Assembly (NCBI GenBank): GCA_024542975.1 | Contig: JAMXCZ010000001.1 | Location: 24,141 to 88,140 of the forward strand | Direction: 5' to 3' | Length of the DNA: 64,000 nt | Source: Candidatus Omnitrophota bacterium | Lineage (GTDB): Bacteria; Omnitrophota; Gorgyraeia; JABMRN01; RBG-13-46-9 | Shown: positions 1 to 10,040 of the stretch, piece after piece | Position numbering within the stretch: the stretch's first letter is position 1 | How the letters are laid out: every line of letters starts with the position of its first letter | The notes under the pieces: generated by a model | The model's input: the letters and a program-made list of their open reading frames with translations, nothing else | The model's database searches: none | What the model was told of the DNA's origin: nothing | Made by a program: the position numbers and the translations under genes

Positions 1-300
1 ATTAAGCCCGCCTCTTTCAAGGCTTTTTTGTCTACAACCGTATCTTTTCTGAACGTGCTAAGGACGTCCACATTCACAATCTGGAATATTTTTTTTGTCG
101 CGTGCGTGAAACCACGCTTGGGAATTCTCCTAAAAAGCGGCATTTGCCCGCCTTCAAAACCCAACCTGCGCGTAGCCCCGGAACGGGACATTGCGCCCTT
201 ATGTCCACGCGTCGAAGTTTTTCCATGGCCGGAGCCGGAACCGCGCCCGACGCGTTTCGGAGACCTGTTTGCCCCTTTTGGCTTACGTATATCTTCGATT
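1..300 (-). CDS. rplO: 50S ribosomal protein L15 (N-terminal 100 aa; gene continues beyond window start)
   Basis: Own translation of minus strand from ATG at 298-300: [66 protein letters not shown]..., the L15 glycine-rich signature. It lies immediately downstream of rpsE, as in the spc operon. Confidence 0.8.
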
Positions 301-301
301 T

Positions 302-805
302 TCATTCGTGTTTCCTGTAAAGCCTGACTGACTGAAGCCCTACCAATGTTGCCTTTACCACATTTATCGGGTTTCGCGATCCCAAGCATTTTGTCAGTAT
401 ATCTCTTATGCCGAATGCCTCGCAGAGTGCCCTGACTCCTCCACCTGCAATTACGCCGGTTCCGGGATGGGCCGGTTTTAGCATTACCATACCGGCCTTA
501 AACCTTCCGATTGCCTCGTGCGGTATGGTAGTTTCCCGCATCTGGATTGAAACAAAGGATTTCTTTGCGACGGCAAGGGCCTTGCCGATGGCAGCGGAAA
601 TTTCATTAGCTTTCCCGAATCCTATTCCCGCCATCCCCTTGCCGTTTCCTGCTACAGCGAGAACATTGAAGGAAAATCTTCTTCCGCCTTTTACAACTTT
701 CGCAACCCTTCTTATGCTTACAATTTTCTCTATGAAGGTTTCTTCCCCCTCAATTCTGGGACCCCTCCCCCTCTTCCTTTGTGCTTGTCCTTTATTTGTG
801 GCCAT
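302..805 (-). CDS. rpsE: 30S ribosomal protein S5
   Basis: ORF translation (167 aa) has the S5 dsRBD and C-terminal domain (…[27 protein letters not shown]…). Position in spc operon. Confidence 0.95.
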   Translation of the reverse strand: MATNKGQAQRKRGRGPRIEGEETFIEKIVSIRRVAKVVKGGRRFSFNVLAVAGNGKGMAGIGFGKANEISAAIGKALAVAKKSFVSIQMRETTIPHEAIGRFKAGMVMLKPAHPGTGVIAGGGVRALCEAFGIRDILTKCLGSRNPINVVKATLVGLQSVRLYRKHE

Positions 806-818
806 ACTCGTCCTTTAT

Positions 819-1175
819 TTAAAATACTAATCCGTTTTTTCTTGCAGCTTCCGCGAATGCCTTAAGACGCCCGTGATACCGATAGCCGGCCCTGTCAAAA
901 GCGACCTTGCCGAACCCCTTGGCCTTTGCCCTCCTGGCAAATTCCTCTCCGAAAAGTACCGCCGCTTTTACGTTGCCTCCGTAGCTTAATTTGCTCCGAA
1001 AATCCGGCGCATTTGTAGATAAGGAAAAAAGTGTCCGGGACACCGTGTCGTCGATAAGCTGGCCGGACAGATTCTTATTGCTCCGTGTAATACAAAGCCG
1101 CGGCCGCTCGTTATTGCCGGAGATTTTTTTCCGCAAGATCTTATGCCTTCTTTTTCGCCCGATAAGCTTTCTCAT
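819..1175 (-). CDS. rplR: 50S ribosomal protein L18
   Basis: 118 aa with L18 family ending (…FDRAGYRYHGRLKAFAEAARKNGLVF). Synteny between rplF and rpsE. Confidence 0.95.
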   Translation of the reverse strand: MRKLIGRKRRHKILRKKISGNNERPRLCITRSNKNLSGQLIDDTVSRTLFSLSTNAPDFRSKLSYGGNVKAAVLFGEEFARRAKAKGFGKVAFDRAGYRYHGRLKAFAEAARKNGLVF

Positions 1176-1711
1176 TTTACCACCGTTTTCCCGGCCTTAT
1201 GCCTCACATACTCGTTCGCATATCTTATGCCCTTGCCCGTATATGGCTCGGGTTTAAAGTAATCCCGTATCTCGGCAGCTACCTCGCCCACCTTTACCTT
1301 GTCAACGCCTGATACGACCAGTTGTGTGGGCTTGGGCGCCTTTACTGTTATGCCTTCGGCAATCTGGTGCTTTATGGGGTGTGAGAAACCGAGATTGATT
1401 TCCAACGTGTTACCCTCTACCTTAGCCTTAAAACCCACGCCTTTTATTTCGAGCTCCTTTGCATACCCCTCCGTTACGCCTTTTATCATGTTGGCAATGA
1501 GGGCCCGTGTCATGCCATGAAGGCTCAGCTCTCTTTTTTCATCAGACACTCTCTTCACTATAACTTTATTCTCGGTGACAGTCACCTTAATCGGATGCCT
1601 GATCCTGTGCTCGAGCGCGCCTTTGGGGCCTTCGATAAAAACAACGGATTCCTTGACCTCGACTTTTACGCCGCCGGGTATATCAATGGGTTTTTTTCCG
1701 ATTCTCGACAT
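1172..1711 (-). CDS. rplF: 50S ribosomal protein L6
   Basis: 179 aa starting MSRIGKKPIDIPGGVKVEV…, the classic L6 N-terminus. Synteny. Confidence 0.95.
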   Translation of the reverse strand: MSRIGKKPIDIPGGVKVEVKESVVFIEGPKGALEHRIRHPIKVTVTENKVIVKRVSDEKRELSLHGMTRALIANMIKGVTEGYAKELEIKGVGFKAKVEGNTLEINLGFSHPIKHQIAEGITVKAPKPTQLVVSGVDKVKVGEVAAEIRDYFKPEPYTGKGIRYANEYVRHKAGKTVVK

Positions 1712-1718
1712 TTTTTAC

Positions 1719-2117
1719 CTACCAAACATGGCAAAGGAGTTCTCCGCCCAATTTTTTTTCTCTGGCCTCGTTGTCGGTCATAAGGCCTTTGGAAGTTGAA
1801 ATAATAGCAACGCCTATCCCGCCATAGACTCTTTTTATCTCTTTACTTTTTACGTAGACCCTTCTGCCGGGTTTTGAGATTTTCTTAAGGCCCGTAAGAA
1901 ACGGGGTGTTATTTTTTTCGTACTTGAGGTAAACTTTGATTATCCCCTGTAACTTATCTTCGATCGTCTTGTGGTTTGCGATAAAGCCTTCCTGTTTTAA
2001 GATCCCAAGCATGCTCTCGTGGAGCAGGGACCGCTTTATGAAAACCGTTTTCTTGCGCGCCATAATTCCGTTTTTTATGATAGTCAGCATATCCGCTATC
2101 GGGTCCGTTACGGCCAT
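1719..2117 (-). CDS. rpsH: 30S ribosomal protein S8
   Basis: 132 aa starting MAVTDPIADMLTIIKNG…, the S8 signature. Confidence 0.95.
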   Translation of the reverse strand: MAVTDPIADMLTIIKNGIMARKKTVFIKRSLLHESMLGILKQEGFIANHKTIEDKLQGIIKVYLKYEKNNTPFLTGLKKISKPGRRVYVKSKEIKRVYGGIGVAIISTSKGLMTDNEAREKKLGGELLCHVW

Positions 2118-2174
2118 CTATTCCTCCTTAAACCTTAAAAAAATATTAAGTCCGACCTTTTTGAATCCGGGCGA

Positions 2175-2387
2175 TTACCAGCTCGCCTTTACGACACCGG
2201 GTATCTCACCCCGGGACGCCAATTCACGGAAGCATATTCGGCAGAGCTTGAACCTTCGCATGTAGCCGCGCCTGCGACCGCAAAGTTCGCAACGGCAGTA
2301 TGCTCTTACCTTAAACTTCGGTTTTCGCTTCGCCTTTATTATCAGACATTTCTTTGCCACAAATTCACCTTTTAAACGGCATTCCAA
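2175..2387 (-). CDS. rpsZ: 30S ribosomal protein S14 type Z (zinc-binding, CxxC…CxxC)
   Basis: …[49 protein letters not shown] matches the short zinc-ribbon form of S14. The true start is probably an internal or alternative codon near 2360. Confidence 0.9.
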   Translation of the reverse strand: MECRLKGEFVAKKCLIIKAKRKPKFKVRAYCRCELCGRRRGYMRRFKLCRICFRELASRGEIPGVVKASW

Positions 2388-2928
2388 AAAGTGTCAAAAG
2401 CTCAGCGCTCGCTTCCTTGCTATCTGCGCTCGTAGCGATAGTCACATCCATGCCATGCACTTTTTGGATTTTATCGGCATCAAGCTCCGGGAAAATACTC
2501 TGCTCGGTTATTCCGAAAGAGTAATTGCCGGCATGGTCAAAAGAGCCTGCCGGTAATCCCCTGAAGTCCCTGATCCTGGGTATCACTATATTAATCAGCC
2601 TGTCCAGAAATTCGTACATCCGCGCCTTTCGCAAAGTGACTTTGCATCCCACGAGAGTTCCTTTCCGTATCTTGAAGCCTGCAATATCCTTCTTTGCCGC
2701 TGTGCTTACCGGTTTTTGCCCTGTAATCAGCGCGAGTTCCTTTGAGACATCGTCGAGGTATTTCTTTTCTCGCGCCGCTTCTCCCAGGCCCACGTTTATA
2801 ACCACCTTTATAAGCCGCGGAACCTCGTACGCGTTTTTATATCCGAACCGCTCCATCATCTTCGGGGTGATCTCTTTTCTATATTTTTCCAAAAGACGGG
2901 GTGTCATTTTTAAAATACCTCTTTGCAT
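2365..2928 (-). CDS. rplE: 50S ribosomal protein L5
   Basis: 187 aa: …[40 protein letters not shown]…, L5 family. The start may be the internal M at 2907. Confidence 0.95.
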   Translation of the reverse strand: MQRGILKMTPRLLEKYRKEITPKMMERFGYKNAYEVPRLIKVVINVGLGEAAREKKYLDDVSKELALITGQKPVSTAAKKDIAGFKIRKGTLVGCKVTLRKARMYEFLDRLINIVIPRIRDFRGLPAGSFDHAGNYSFGITEQSIFPELDADKIQKVHGMDVTIATSADSKEASAELLTLFGMPFKR

Positions 2929-3221
2929 CTTTTACAAAAACGCGATTTCGTGCTATCCTTCAATATTTTAAACCCGACCTTGGAGGGTCGGTTGCAGCCT
3001 TTGCAAAAGAGGGCCAAATTCGACATATTTACGGACGACTCCTTCTCCACTATGCCGCCCTTTTCGTTTTCGCGGGTGCGGCGCGCATGCTTTTTAACAA
3101 AGTTCACCCCTTCTACGATCGCCCGATCCCTCGCCGGGATGGTTGCGAGCACTTTGCCGGTCTTGCCTTTATCTTTGCCGGCAAGCAGCATTACCGTGTC
3201 GTTCTTTTTTATTCTCGCCAT
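2910..3221 (-). CDS. rplX: 50S ribosomal protein L24 with unusual C-terminal CxxC…CxxC motif
   Basis: MARIKKNDTVMLLAGKDKGKTGKVL… is an L24 KOW domain. The C-terminus is …[33 protein letters not shown], with four Cys. Confidence 0.9.
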   Translation of the reverse strand: MARIKKNDTVMLLAGKDKGKTGKVLATIPARDRAIVEGVNFVKKHARRTRENEKGGIVEKESSVNMSNLALFCKGCNRPSKVGFKILKDSTKSRFCKRCKEVF

Positions 3222-3222
3222 A

Positions 3223-3591
3223 TTAAATCACCTCGGGCGCCAAAGAAACTATCTTCAAAAAATTCTTTTCGCGCAATTCCCTTGCCACCGGGCCGAAAAT
3301 TCTTGTCCCCCTGGGGTTTTTTTGCGCGTCTATTAAAACTATCGCATTGCGGTCAAACACAAGATATGATCCGTCAGGCCGCCTTATCGGGAAAGCTGTG
3401 CGTACAATGACCCCTTTGGCAACTTCACCTTTTTTAACCGCCGCGTCGGTGGTGGCCTCTTTTATATTGCAGCTTATGATATCTCCTATTTCGGCGGAAT
3501 CCTTTCCCGAACGTCCGATAACACCTATGCAGGAGGCCTTCTTTGCACCGGTATTGTCCGCTACATCCAGTATTGTGCGCATTATAATCAT
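3223..3591 (-). CDS. rplN: 50S ribosomal protein L14
   Basis: [24 protein letters not shown]… is the L14 signature. The ORF-finder extension to 3639 overlaps rpsQ and was rejected. Confidence 0.93.
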   Translation of the reverse strand: MIIMRTILDVADNTGAKKASCIGVIGRSGKDSAEIGDIISCNIKEATTDAAVKKGEVAKGVIVRTAFPIRRPDGSYLVFDRNAIVLIDAQKNPRGTRIFGPVARELREKNFLKIVSLAPEVI

Positions 3592-3599
3592 TACAGACC

Positions 3600-3866
3600 T
3601 TAAGTTGTTTTTTTTACGATCTCGACAAGTTTCCAGCACTTGTCTTTTGAAAGCGGCCTCGCAAGCCTTACCCTCACGATATCGCCGACCTTGGCAGAAT
3701 TCTTTTCGTCGTGAGCCTTGAATTTAGTAAAGCGCTTGATCGTCTTTTTAAAAATCGGGTGCACAGCATGGTGGCTTGCGACGACCGCTATGGTCTTTGC
3801 CATGCGGGCGCTTACAACGGTTCCGACCATTTCCTTGCGAGGACGTGTTTTTTTATTTGTCTCCAC
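3600..3866 (-). CDS. rpsQ: 30S ribosomal protein S17
   Basis: 88 aa: …[72 protein letters not shown]…, S17 family. Confidence 0.93.
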   Translation of the reverse strand: METNKKTRPRKEMVGTVVSARMAKTIAVVASHHAVHPIFKKTIKRFTKFKAHDEKNSAKVGDIVRVRLARPLSKDKCWKLVEIVKKTT

Positions 3867-4056
3867 GGGGCTTCTCCTTCAAAATCGTGCGCAGGCGCGC
3901 GATGTCCTTTTTTGCTTCGCTTATCCTGTGAGGCTTCTCTACCCTGCCTGCCTTTTGCTCAAAGCGAAATTTATAGAGCTCCTCTTCAAGAGTAATAACC
4001 TTCTGGTCGATTTCAGCAACCGTCATGTTCCTTATATCCTGCGGTTTTAGCGTCAT
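3853..4056 (-). CDS. rpmC: 50S ribosomal protein L29
   Basis: 67 aa: MTLKPQDIRNMTVAEIDQKVITLEEELYKFRFEQ…, L29 family. Synteny between rplP and rpsQ. Confidence 0.9.
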   Translation of the reverse strand: MTLKPQDIRNMTVAEIDQKVITLEEELYKFRFEQKAGRVEKPHRISEAKKDIARLRTILKEKPRGDK

Positions 4057-4057
4057 A

Positions 4058-4471
4058 TCAGTGGCCCCTCGAAACGAATTTCGTCCTTAGCGGCAGTTTA
4101 TGGGATGCGCGGCACAGCGATTCGCGCGCGAGGTCAAGCGGCATTCCTTCCATTTCGAAAAGCACCTTTCCTCTCTTGATAACACATACCCAATGATCGG
4201 GCGCGCCTTTTCCTTTTCCCATTCGTGTTTCCGCGGGCTTCTTGGTAACCGGCTTGTCCGGGAACACCCGTATCCATACTTTTCCGCCGCGCCTCGTATG
4301 TCGCATTAAGGCGACACGGGCAGCTTCAAGCTGCCTGTCTTTGATCCAACCGTTCTCGAGCGCCTTCAGGCCAAATTCACCGAAACTGAGTTGCGCCCCG
4401 GCGGAACTTTTCCCTCTTCGCTTGCCCCGTTGGGATTTTCGATATTTAACGCGTTTTGGCATTAACGCCAT
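4058..4471 (-). CDS. rplP: 50S ribosomal protein L16
   Basis: [22 protein letters not shown]…, L16 signature. Confidence 0.95.
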   Translation of the reverse strand: MALMPKRVKYRKSQRGKRRGKSSAGAQLSFGEFGLKALENGWIKDRQLEAARVALMRHTRRGGKVWIRVFPDKPVTKKPAETRMGKGKGAPDHWVCVIKRGKVLFEMEGMPLDLARESLCRASHKLPLRTKFVSRGH

Positions 4472-5126
4472 TTGCCGTCTCCCTAGTTACTTTTAACCCG
4501 ATTTTCTCGCCTTTGTAAACCCATACCTTAATGCCGATAAGGCCGTAAGTCGTATGGGCCTCGGTAAAACCGTAGTCAATATCAGCCCGCAACGTTTGCA
4601 GGGGTATTTTTCCGTATCGTATAGTTTCTTTTCTCGCGATTTCTGCCCCTCCGAGCCTCCCGGAAAGTTTTATCTTCAACCCCTCACAACCTGCGTCTCT
4701 GGCCATCTGAAGTGACCGTTTTAAAGTTCTCTTAAACGCTACCCTCTTCTCAAGCTGCAGGGCTATGTTTTCAGCGATAAGCTGCGCCTCAGTTGCGGCC
4801 TGTTTTACCTCTTTTATATCCAGAAAAATCTGTTTTTCACCTATGTAAGATTGCAGTTCTTCTTTTAAGGCCTCGATTTCAGATCCTCTCCTGCCTATCA
4901 CAACGCCGGGCCTCGCCGTATGGATGATGAGCCGTATTCGTTCGCCTGTGCGTTCTATTTCAATATTGGAGACTGCGGCCCCGTAGAGCTTGTTCTTCAC
5001 GTATCTCCTTAGCCGTATATCCTCGATAAGCATCGAAGGAAAACTCTCCTTTTTGGCAAACCACCTGGATCTCCAATCCTTTATTATTCCCACTCGTAAA
5101 CCGTATGGATGTGCTTTTTGGCCCAT
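4446..5126 (-). CDS. rpsC: 30S ribosomal protein S3
   Basis: 226 aa starting [24 protein letters not shown]…, an S3 KH domain. Confidence 0.95.
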   Translation of the reverse strand: MGQKAHPYGLRVGIIKDWRSRWFAKKESFPSMLIEDIRLRRYVKNKLYGAAVSNIEIERTGERIRLIIHTARPGVVIGRRGSEIEALKEELQSYIGEKQIFLDIKEVKQAATEAQLIAENIALQLEKRVAFKRTLKRSLQMARDAGCEGLKIKLSGRLGGAEIARKETIRYGKIPLQTLRADIDYGFTEAHTTYGLIGIKVWVYKGEKIGLKVTRETANGVNAKTR

Positions 5127-5128
5127 TT

Positions 5129-5548
5129 TTATTTTCCTGCCTTCACCGGTTTTTTAGGTTTAATCTTTCCCTGTTTCTTCGGGGCCCTTTGGGCCTTTCC
5201 GGGAATTTTCCGAGGAGCATCCAGTTCTACCAGAACATGGCTTGTCCTTTTTCGTATTTCCCCGGCCCTCCCCATTGACATCGCGCGAAACCGCCGTAAC
5301 GCCGGGCCCATATTGACCGCGATCTTCGATATGAAGAGCTCTTCTACGTCAAAAGTTTTTTCCGGTTTACGTTTGGCATTATTCAATGCCGATTCAATAA
5401 CCCCTTTTATGATTGCCGCTCCCTTTTTATTGGTATTGAGAAGGAGGTAGATCGCGTTAGTCACCTTTTTCTTGCTTACCATGCTGGCGATGAGCCGCAA
5501 TTTCTTAGGGGATATCCGTAAATATTTTTCTAATGCTCTTGTTACCAT
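5129..5548 (-). CDS. rplV: 50S ribosomal protein L22 (Lys-rich C-terminal tail)
   Basis: MVTRALEKYLRISPKKLRLIASMV…, L22 family, with a C-terminal …KKQGKIKPKKPVKAGK tail. Confidence 0.93.
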   Translation of the reverse strand: MVTRALEKYLRISPKKLRLIASMVSKKKVTNAIYLLLNTNKKGAAIIKGVIESALNNAKRKPEKTFDVEELFISKIAVNMGPALRRFRAMSMGRAGEIRKRTSHVLVELDAPRKIPGKAQRAPKKQGKIKPKKPVKAGK

Positions 5549-5569
5549 AATTGCCTTAAATCTAGCCTT

Positions 5570-5854
5570 TTACGTTTTTTCCAGTGAAACTTCTGTTGCA
5601 GCGCCGTGCCTTCTGAATGTCCGGGTCGGCGCAAATTCTCCGAGCTTGTGCCCGACCATATTTTCCGTAACAAAAACAGGTATAAATTTTCTCCCGTTGT
5701 GTACGGTAAACGTAACGCCTACGAAGTCCGGGGGTATATCACACCTTCGAGCCCAGGTCTTTATCGGCTTTTTATCCCTTGCCTTTTCCGCTCTCTGGAC
5801 CTTCATCAGTAATTTCTCGTCAACATAGGGGCCTTTTTTTGTCGAACGGGACAT
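5570..5854 (-). CDS. rpsS: 30S ribosomal protein S19
   Basis: [19 protein letters not shown]…[32 protein letters not shown]19 family. Confidence 0.95.
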   Translation of the reverse strand: MSRSTKKGPYVDEKLLMKVQRAEKARDKKPIKTWARRCDIPPDFVGVTFTVHNGRKFIPVFVTENMVGHKLGEFAPTRTFRRHGAATEVSLEKT

Positions 5855-5882
5855 ATTTTACTCCTTAATTAAATATCGAATT

Positions 5883-6704
5883 TCATTTCCGTCTTCTTAA
5901 AATATACTTATCGGATCGTTTCGGCTTTCTGGTCTTTAACCCTTTTGTTATTTTGCCCCAGGGCGTTGTTGGGTGCCTACCACCGGAGGTTTTGCCTTCG
6001 CCGCCGCCCATTGGGTGGTCGACAGGATTCTTCGCTACGCCTCTCGAGTACGGCCGAATCCCCATATGCCGCGACCTTCCCGCCTTGCCGATCACAATAC
6101 TATCGTGTTCAATATTGCCGACTTGTCCGATTGTCGCAAAGGAGCTCTGTTTGATAAGGCGTATTTCGCCCGATGGCATTTTAATCTGGGCGTACTTGCC
6201 TTCTTTCGACATGACGACCGCAAGATCCCCGGCGCTTCTTGCGATCTTGGCGCCCCTACCCTTTTCCAACTCTATGCAGTGAACCGGTATGCCGAGAGGT
6301 ATTCGTTCGAGAGGCAGGGCATTGCCCACTTTGATTTCGGCGTCCACAGACGACACTAGCCTGTCCCCGAGTTTCAGCCCATCAGGACAGATGATGTACC
6401 GCTTCTCCCCATCCTGATATTTGAGAAGCGCAATGCGGGCAGTCCGGTTCGGGTCATATTCTACGGCTATAACATCTGCCGGAATTTCGTATTTATCTCT
6501 TTTGAAATCGACAATACGCCATCTCCTCTTGTGGCCACCGCCTCTATGGCGCGAGGTTATCCTTCCGTATATGTTTCTTCCACCGCTCTTTTTTAATGCA
6601 ACCGTAAGGGATTTTTCGGGGGTATCCTTTGTGATCTCGTCAAAGGTATATCCGCTCCCCCATCTCCTTGTCGGCGTAGTAGGCTTAAATTTCTTAATCC
6701 CCAT
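5883..6704 (-). CDS. rplB: 50S ribosomal protein L2
   Basis: 273 aa with …[22 protein letters not shown]… and …[16 protein letters not shown]…, L2 family. Confidence 0.97.
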   Translation of the reverse strand: MGIKKFKPTTPTRRWGSGYTFDEITKDTPEKSLTVALKKSGGRNIYGRITSRHRGGGHKRRWRIVDFKRDKYEIPADVIAVEYDPNRTARIALLKYQDGEKRYIICPDGLKLGDRLVSSVDAEIKVGNALPLERIPLGIPVHCIELEKGRGAKIARSAGDLAVVMSKEGKYAQIKMPSGEIRLIKQSSFATIGQVGNIEHDSIVIGKAGRSRHMGIRPYSRGVAKNPVDHPMGGGEGKTSGGRHPTTPWGKITKGLKTRKPKRSDKYILRRRK

Positions 6705-6755
6705 CCCTATCCTGATCCTTTTCCGTTTTTTGTGTTCCGGTTTTTAGTTTTCTGC

Positions 6756-7034
6756 TCATGCAACATCGATCTTGTGCCCTTCCTTAAGTGTCACAACAGC
6801 CTTCTTCCAATCAGCTGTCTTACCTTCCACGAGCCGCACACGCTTCATCTTGCCCTTCATAGTTAAAGTGTTTACCTTTTTGACTTTTACCTTATATATT
6901 TCTTCTATCGCCTGTTTGATCTCAATTTTATTGGCGGTTTGCGCTACGCAAAAAAGGTATTTATTAAAATGTAAAAGATTCGAGCCTTTTTCTGTCCTGA
7001 GAGGGCTTGTAACTATGGCATAAGGGCTTTTCAT
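6756..7034 (-). CDS. rplW: 50S ribosomal protein L23
   Basis: 92 aa: …LHFNKYLFCVAQTANKIEIKQAIEEIYKVKVKKVNT…, L23 family. Synteny. Confidence 0.9.
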   Translation of the reverse strand: MKSPYAIVTSPLRTEKGSNLLHFNKYLFCVAQTANKIEIKQAIEEIYKVKVKKVNTLTMKGKMKRVRLVEGKTADWKKAVVTLKEGHKIDVA

Positions 7035-7699
7035 GCGGCACCCCTTTTATTAAGTAAGTCGATGGCATCCTTCGTTACAACCACATAATCGTGCGACAAA
7101 ACGTTAAGCGCCGTAACTTTATCGGACTCCGCGACTGTCATGCGCTTTATGTTTCGCGTAGCCCTGAAAAGTTTCTGGTCTATTTCTTTTACAACAAGAA
7201 GAACGGTATTTCTTAAATTCAACTTTTTAAAAAAATCGGCGACAATCTTGGTCTTTCCCTCTTCGGCGGGTACGCCGTCAATAGCCACGACCCGCCCGCT
7301 CTTTAATTTGGCGTTTATACTCGATACAAAAGCACTTCGCTTCATCTTTTTCGGTATGCTGTATCTAAAATCCCTGGGCTTCGGCCCAAAGACTATTCCC
7401 CCGCCCCGCCAGATCGGATTTCTTATGGAAGAGACCCTCGCCCTGCCGGTTCCTTTTTGTCTCCATGGTTTTTTTCCGCCACCCCTTACCTCGCTTCGGG
7501 TTTTTGTGCTGGCAGTGCCCCTTCTCTGATTTGCCCTGTACATCGTGAGGGACTGATAAAGAAGCGACTTGTTGACCCGACCGCTGAAAACGTCCTTATT
7601 TAACTCAAGCGTTCCGGCATTTTTGCCGTTCGAGTCAAACACGGGTATTTTATTAACCTGCGAATTACTTTTTGTTTTCATCTGTCTTCTGCCCGGCAT
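7031..7699 (-). CDS. rplD: 50S ribosomal protein L4
   Basis: 222 aa: …YRANQRRGTASTKTRSEVRGGGKKPWRQKGTGRAR…, L4 family. The start may be the internal M at 7681. Confidence 0.93.
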   Translation of the reverse strand: MPGRRQMKTKSNSQVNKIPVFDSNGKNAGTLELNKDVFSGRVNKSLLYQSLTMYRANQRRGTASTKTRSEVRGGGKKPWRQKGTGRARVSSIRNPIWRGGGIVFGPKPRDFRYSIPKKMKRSAFVSSINAKLKSGRVVAIDGVPAEEGKTKIVADFFKKLNLRNTVLLVVKEIDQKLFRATRNIKRMTVAESDKVTALNVLSHDYVVVTKDAIDLLNKRGAA

Positions 7700-8354
7700 C
7701 CGGGGCAGCCTCTTTTTCTCTTCGGGCGGGCTTCTTTTTGGCTTGCCGCACCAGGAGAACGCTCTCCCTATGTCCCGGAACAGCGCCTTTTACCACTAAA
7801 AGATTATCCTCTTCTACTATCTTTACCACTTTCAGGTTTTGCACCGTAATCTTTGCTGCGCCCATGTGCCCCGGCATGGTTTTTCCTTTATGCACTCTGG
7901 AAGGATAAGAGCTTGCGCCTATAGATCCCACCCGGCGATGAAACATCGAACCGTGCCCGCTCTCTCCGCCTCTCCAATTCCATCTTTTCATACCCCCCTG
8001 AAAGCCCTTTCCTATGCTTTTGCCCGTTATATCTACGTAATCACCGGCTTTGAATATGTTGACCATCACCTTATCGCCAGTTTTGCAGGAAGCATCGGAT
8101 TCAAGCCGTATTTCTTTAAGTGTCCTTTTTGGGCTAATTTTTAACTTGTCAAACCATTTCTTTTCCGGCATTTTTACCTTGGAGGCCTTCTTATCACCGT
8201 AGCCCAAAAGAACAGCGGAATATCCCGACGTATCCTTCGACCTTGTCCCAAGAACATAACAGGGTCCGGCCTCGATGAGGGTAACGGGAACAACGCGCCC
8301 ATCTTCGTCAAAAATATTCGTCATCCCTATTTTTTTTCCGAGTATTCCGGTCAT
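7665..8354 (-). CDS. rplC: 50S ribosomal protein L3 (Lys-rich C-terminal tail)
   Basis: MTGILGKKIGMTNIFDEDGRVVPVTLIEAGPCYV…, L3 signature. C-terminal …KKKPARREKEAAPDAGQKTDENKK. Confidence 0.95.
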   Translation of the reverse strand: MTGILGKKIGMTNIFDEDGRVVPVTLIEAGPCYVLGTRSKDTSGYSAVLLGYGDKKASKVKMPEKKWFDKLKISPKRTLKEIRLESDASCKTGDKVMVNIFKAGDYVDITGKSIGKGFQGGMKRWNWRGGESGHGSMFHRRVGSIGASSYPSRVHKGKTMPGHMGAAKITVQNLKVVKIVEEDNLLVVKGAVPGHRESVLLVRQAKKKPARREKEAAPDAGQKTDENKK

Positions 8355-8370
8355 ATAATTCTCTCTGTTG

Positions 8371-8465
8371 CGCTGTCATTCCCGCTTCCGCGGGAATCCA
8401 TATTCTACATCTCGGGATCCCCGCTTCCGCGGGGATAAATTTCGCCCTATGATATAAGGCGAAAT
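8371..8465. promoter_or_regulatory. Intergenic rpsJ-rplC structured element: two tandem near-identical hairpins (attcccgc-ttcc-gcgggaat and atccccgc-ttcc-gcggggat) plus a 10-bp hairpin (aaatttcgcc…ggcgaaattt)
   Basis: Read directly from the sequence. The two 8-bp stems differ by one compensatory pair (t/a to c/g). Confidence 0.4.
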
Positions 8466-8801
8466 TTACTTTATTTCCACATTGACTCCGGCCGGCAAGT
8501 CGAGCCGCCTTAAGGAATCAATAGTTTTAGCAGTCGGGCTTATTATCTCGAGAAGTCGCTTGTGCGTCTTTATTTGAAACTGCTCACGTGACTTTTTATC
8601 GATATGAGGCGACCTTAAAACCGTAAAAATTTCCCTTTTTGTAGGAAGAGGCACCGGCCCTGCAACAACCGAGCCTGTTTTTTTTACCGTTTGAACGATT
8701 TCCTCACAGGCCAAGTCTAAAATCCTATGGTCGTAGGCCATAAGCTTTATCCGTATCCTTACCGACTTATCCTGTTTTACTTTTAATTGCTTTGCTGTCA
8801 T
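8466..8801 (-). CDS. rpsJ: 30S ribosomal protein S10
   Basis: …[70 protein letters not shown]…, S10 family. Confidence 0.95.
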   Translation of the reverse strand: MTAKQLKVKQDKSVRIRIKLMAYDHRILDLACEEIVQTVKKTGSVVAGPVPLPTKREIFTVLRSPHIDKKSREQFQIKTHKRLLEIISPTAKTIDSLRRLDLPAGVNVEIK

Positions 8802-8804
8802 CAG

Positions 8805-10001
8805 TTATTCGCTAATCTCCGTTACCACACCGGCTCCTACGGTGTGCCCGCCTTCGCGTATGGCGAAGCGCAGGCCTTTTTCCATTGCTATGGGCTCTAT
8901 GAGGACTATATCCATCGTTACGTTGTCGCCGGGCATCACCATTTCAACGTCTTTGGGCAGCGTAACGCTTCCGGTTACGTCGGTGGTTCTGAAGTAGAAC
9001 TGCGGCCTGTAGCCGTTAAAGAAGGGTGTGTGGCGGCCTCCCTCTTCTTTCGTAAGGATGTAGGCCTCTCCCTTGCATTTTGTGTGGGGGGTTATGGTGC
9101 CGGGTTTAGCGAGCACCTGGCCTCGCATGAGGTCCTTCTTCTCTACGCCTCTAAGGAGGACACCAATGTTATCGCCTGCCTGGCCGTGGTCGAGTATCTT
9201 TCGGAACATTTCAACGCCTGTTACTACGCTCTTCTTGGTGGGTTTAAGGCCTACGAGCTCTATCTCTTCGCCTGTTTTCACCTGGCCGCGTTCTACCCGG
9301 CCTGTGCCTACGGTGCCTCTTCCGGTTATGCTGAATACATCTTCTATCGGCATGAGGAAGGGCTTATCTATGTCTCTCTTGGGTGTGGGAATAAAGTCGT
9401 CTACGGCTTTCATCAGTTCAAATATGCATTTTACGGCCTCTGCGTCATCGGGAGAGCGCATGGCTTTGAGAGCGCTTCCTTTTACAACCGGCGTCTTATC
9501 TCCCGGGAACTTATATTTTGTCAGAAGCTCTCTTACTTCGAGTTCTACGAGGTCTAAGAGCTCTTTGTCATCTACGAGGTCTATCTTATTGAGGAAGACT
9601 ACGATTGCGGGAACGTTTACCTGGCGGGCTAAGAGTATGTGCTCCCTTGTCTGGGGCATGGGGCCGTCTGCGGCTGATACTACGAGTATGGCGCCGTCCA
9701 TCTGGGCTGCGCCGGTTATCATGTTTTTGATGTAGTCGGCGTGGCCGGGGCAGTCTATGTGGGCGTAATGCCGCTTTTCGGTCTCGTATTCAACGTGCGC
9801 TACTGCGATGGTAAGGATCTTGTTTTTGTCCCTTACCAATCCGCCTTTTGCGATTTCCGCATAGCTTTTGGCCTGAGCCTGGCCTTTTGTTGCAAGGACA
9901 GTGGTTATAGCGCTTGTGAGACAGGTCTTGCCGTGGTCAATATGTCCAATGGTGCCTACATTCACATGAGGTTTTGTGCGTTCAAACTTTTGCTTTGCCA
10001 T
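8805..10001 (-). CDS. tuf: Elongation factor Tu (copy 1, end of str operon)
   Basis: 398 aa with GHIDHGKT and DCPGHADY GTPase motifs. Full-length EF-Tu. Strong SD (aggagg) upstream. Confidence 0.98.
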   Translation of the reverse strand: MAKQKFERTKPHVNVGTIGHIDHGKTCLTSAITTVLATKGQAQAKSYAEIAKGGLVRDKNKILTIAVAHVEYETEKRHYAHIDCPGHADYIKNMITGAAQMDGAILVVSAADGPMPQTREHILLARQVNVPAIVVFLNKIDLVDDKELLDLVELEVRELLTKYKFPGDKTPVVKGSALKAMRSPDDAEAVKCIFELMKAVDDFIPTPKRDIDKPFLMPIEDVFSITGRGTVGTGRVERGQVKTGEEIELVGLKPTKKSVVTGVEMFRKILDHGQAGDNIGVLLRGVEKKDLMRGQVLAKPGTITPHTKCKGEAYILTKEEGGRHTPFFNGYRPQFYFRTTDVTGSVTLPKDVEMVMPGDNVTMDIVLIEPIAMEKGLRFAIREGGHTVGAGVVTEISE

Positions 10002-10040
10002 TGTTTGGCCCTCCTATTTTTGAAATTCCGAACTTCAATG

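Noticed and set aside
3223-3639. N-terminal extensions proposed by the ORF track for rplN, rplJ (to 22091), cdaA (to 36472), folP (to 37194), tilS (to 40204), rnhB (to 43737), nnr (to 34027) and the second parvulin (to 63372)
   Set aside because: The extensions overlap the upstream gene or a tRNA and precede well-conserved family N-termini. Internal Met starts were chosen instead.
8371-8395. Shared gtcattcc 8-mer at the start of both the rpsJ-rplC hairpin and the 26238 palindrome as evidence of one repeat family
   Set aside because: The match is only 8 nt and the remaining stems are unrelated; likely coincidence unless a genome-wide search shows otherwise.
8787-9557. Long plus-strand ORFs antisense to tuf (8787-9557, 9073-9735, 24179-24952, 24468-25130), fusA (11235-12104), rpoB (18048-18902), nnr (33224-34093), fhs (41890-42657, 42041-42703) and polA
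   Set aside because: Each lies wholly inside a strongly supported minus-strand gene with a recognisable product. The translations are low-complexity (Ser/Leu/Pro/Arg-rich) with no family resemblance, so they are antisense shadow ORFs.
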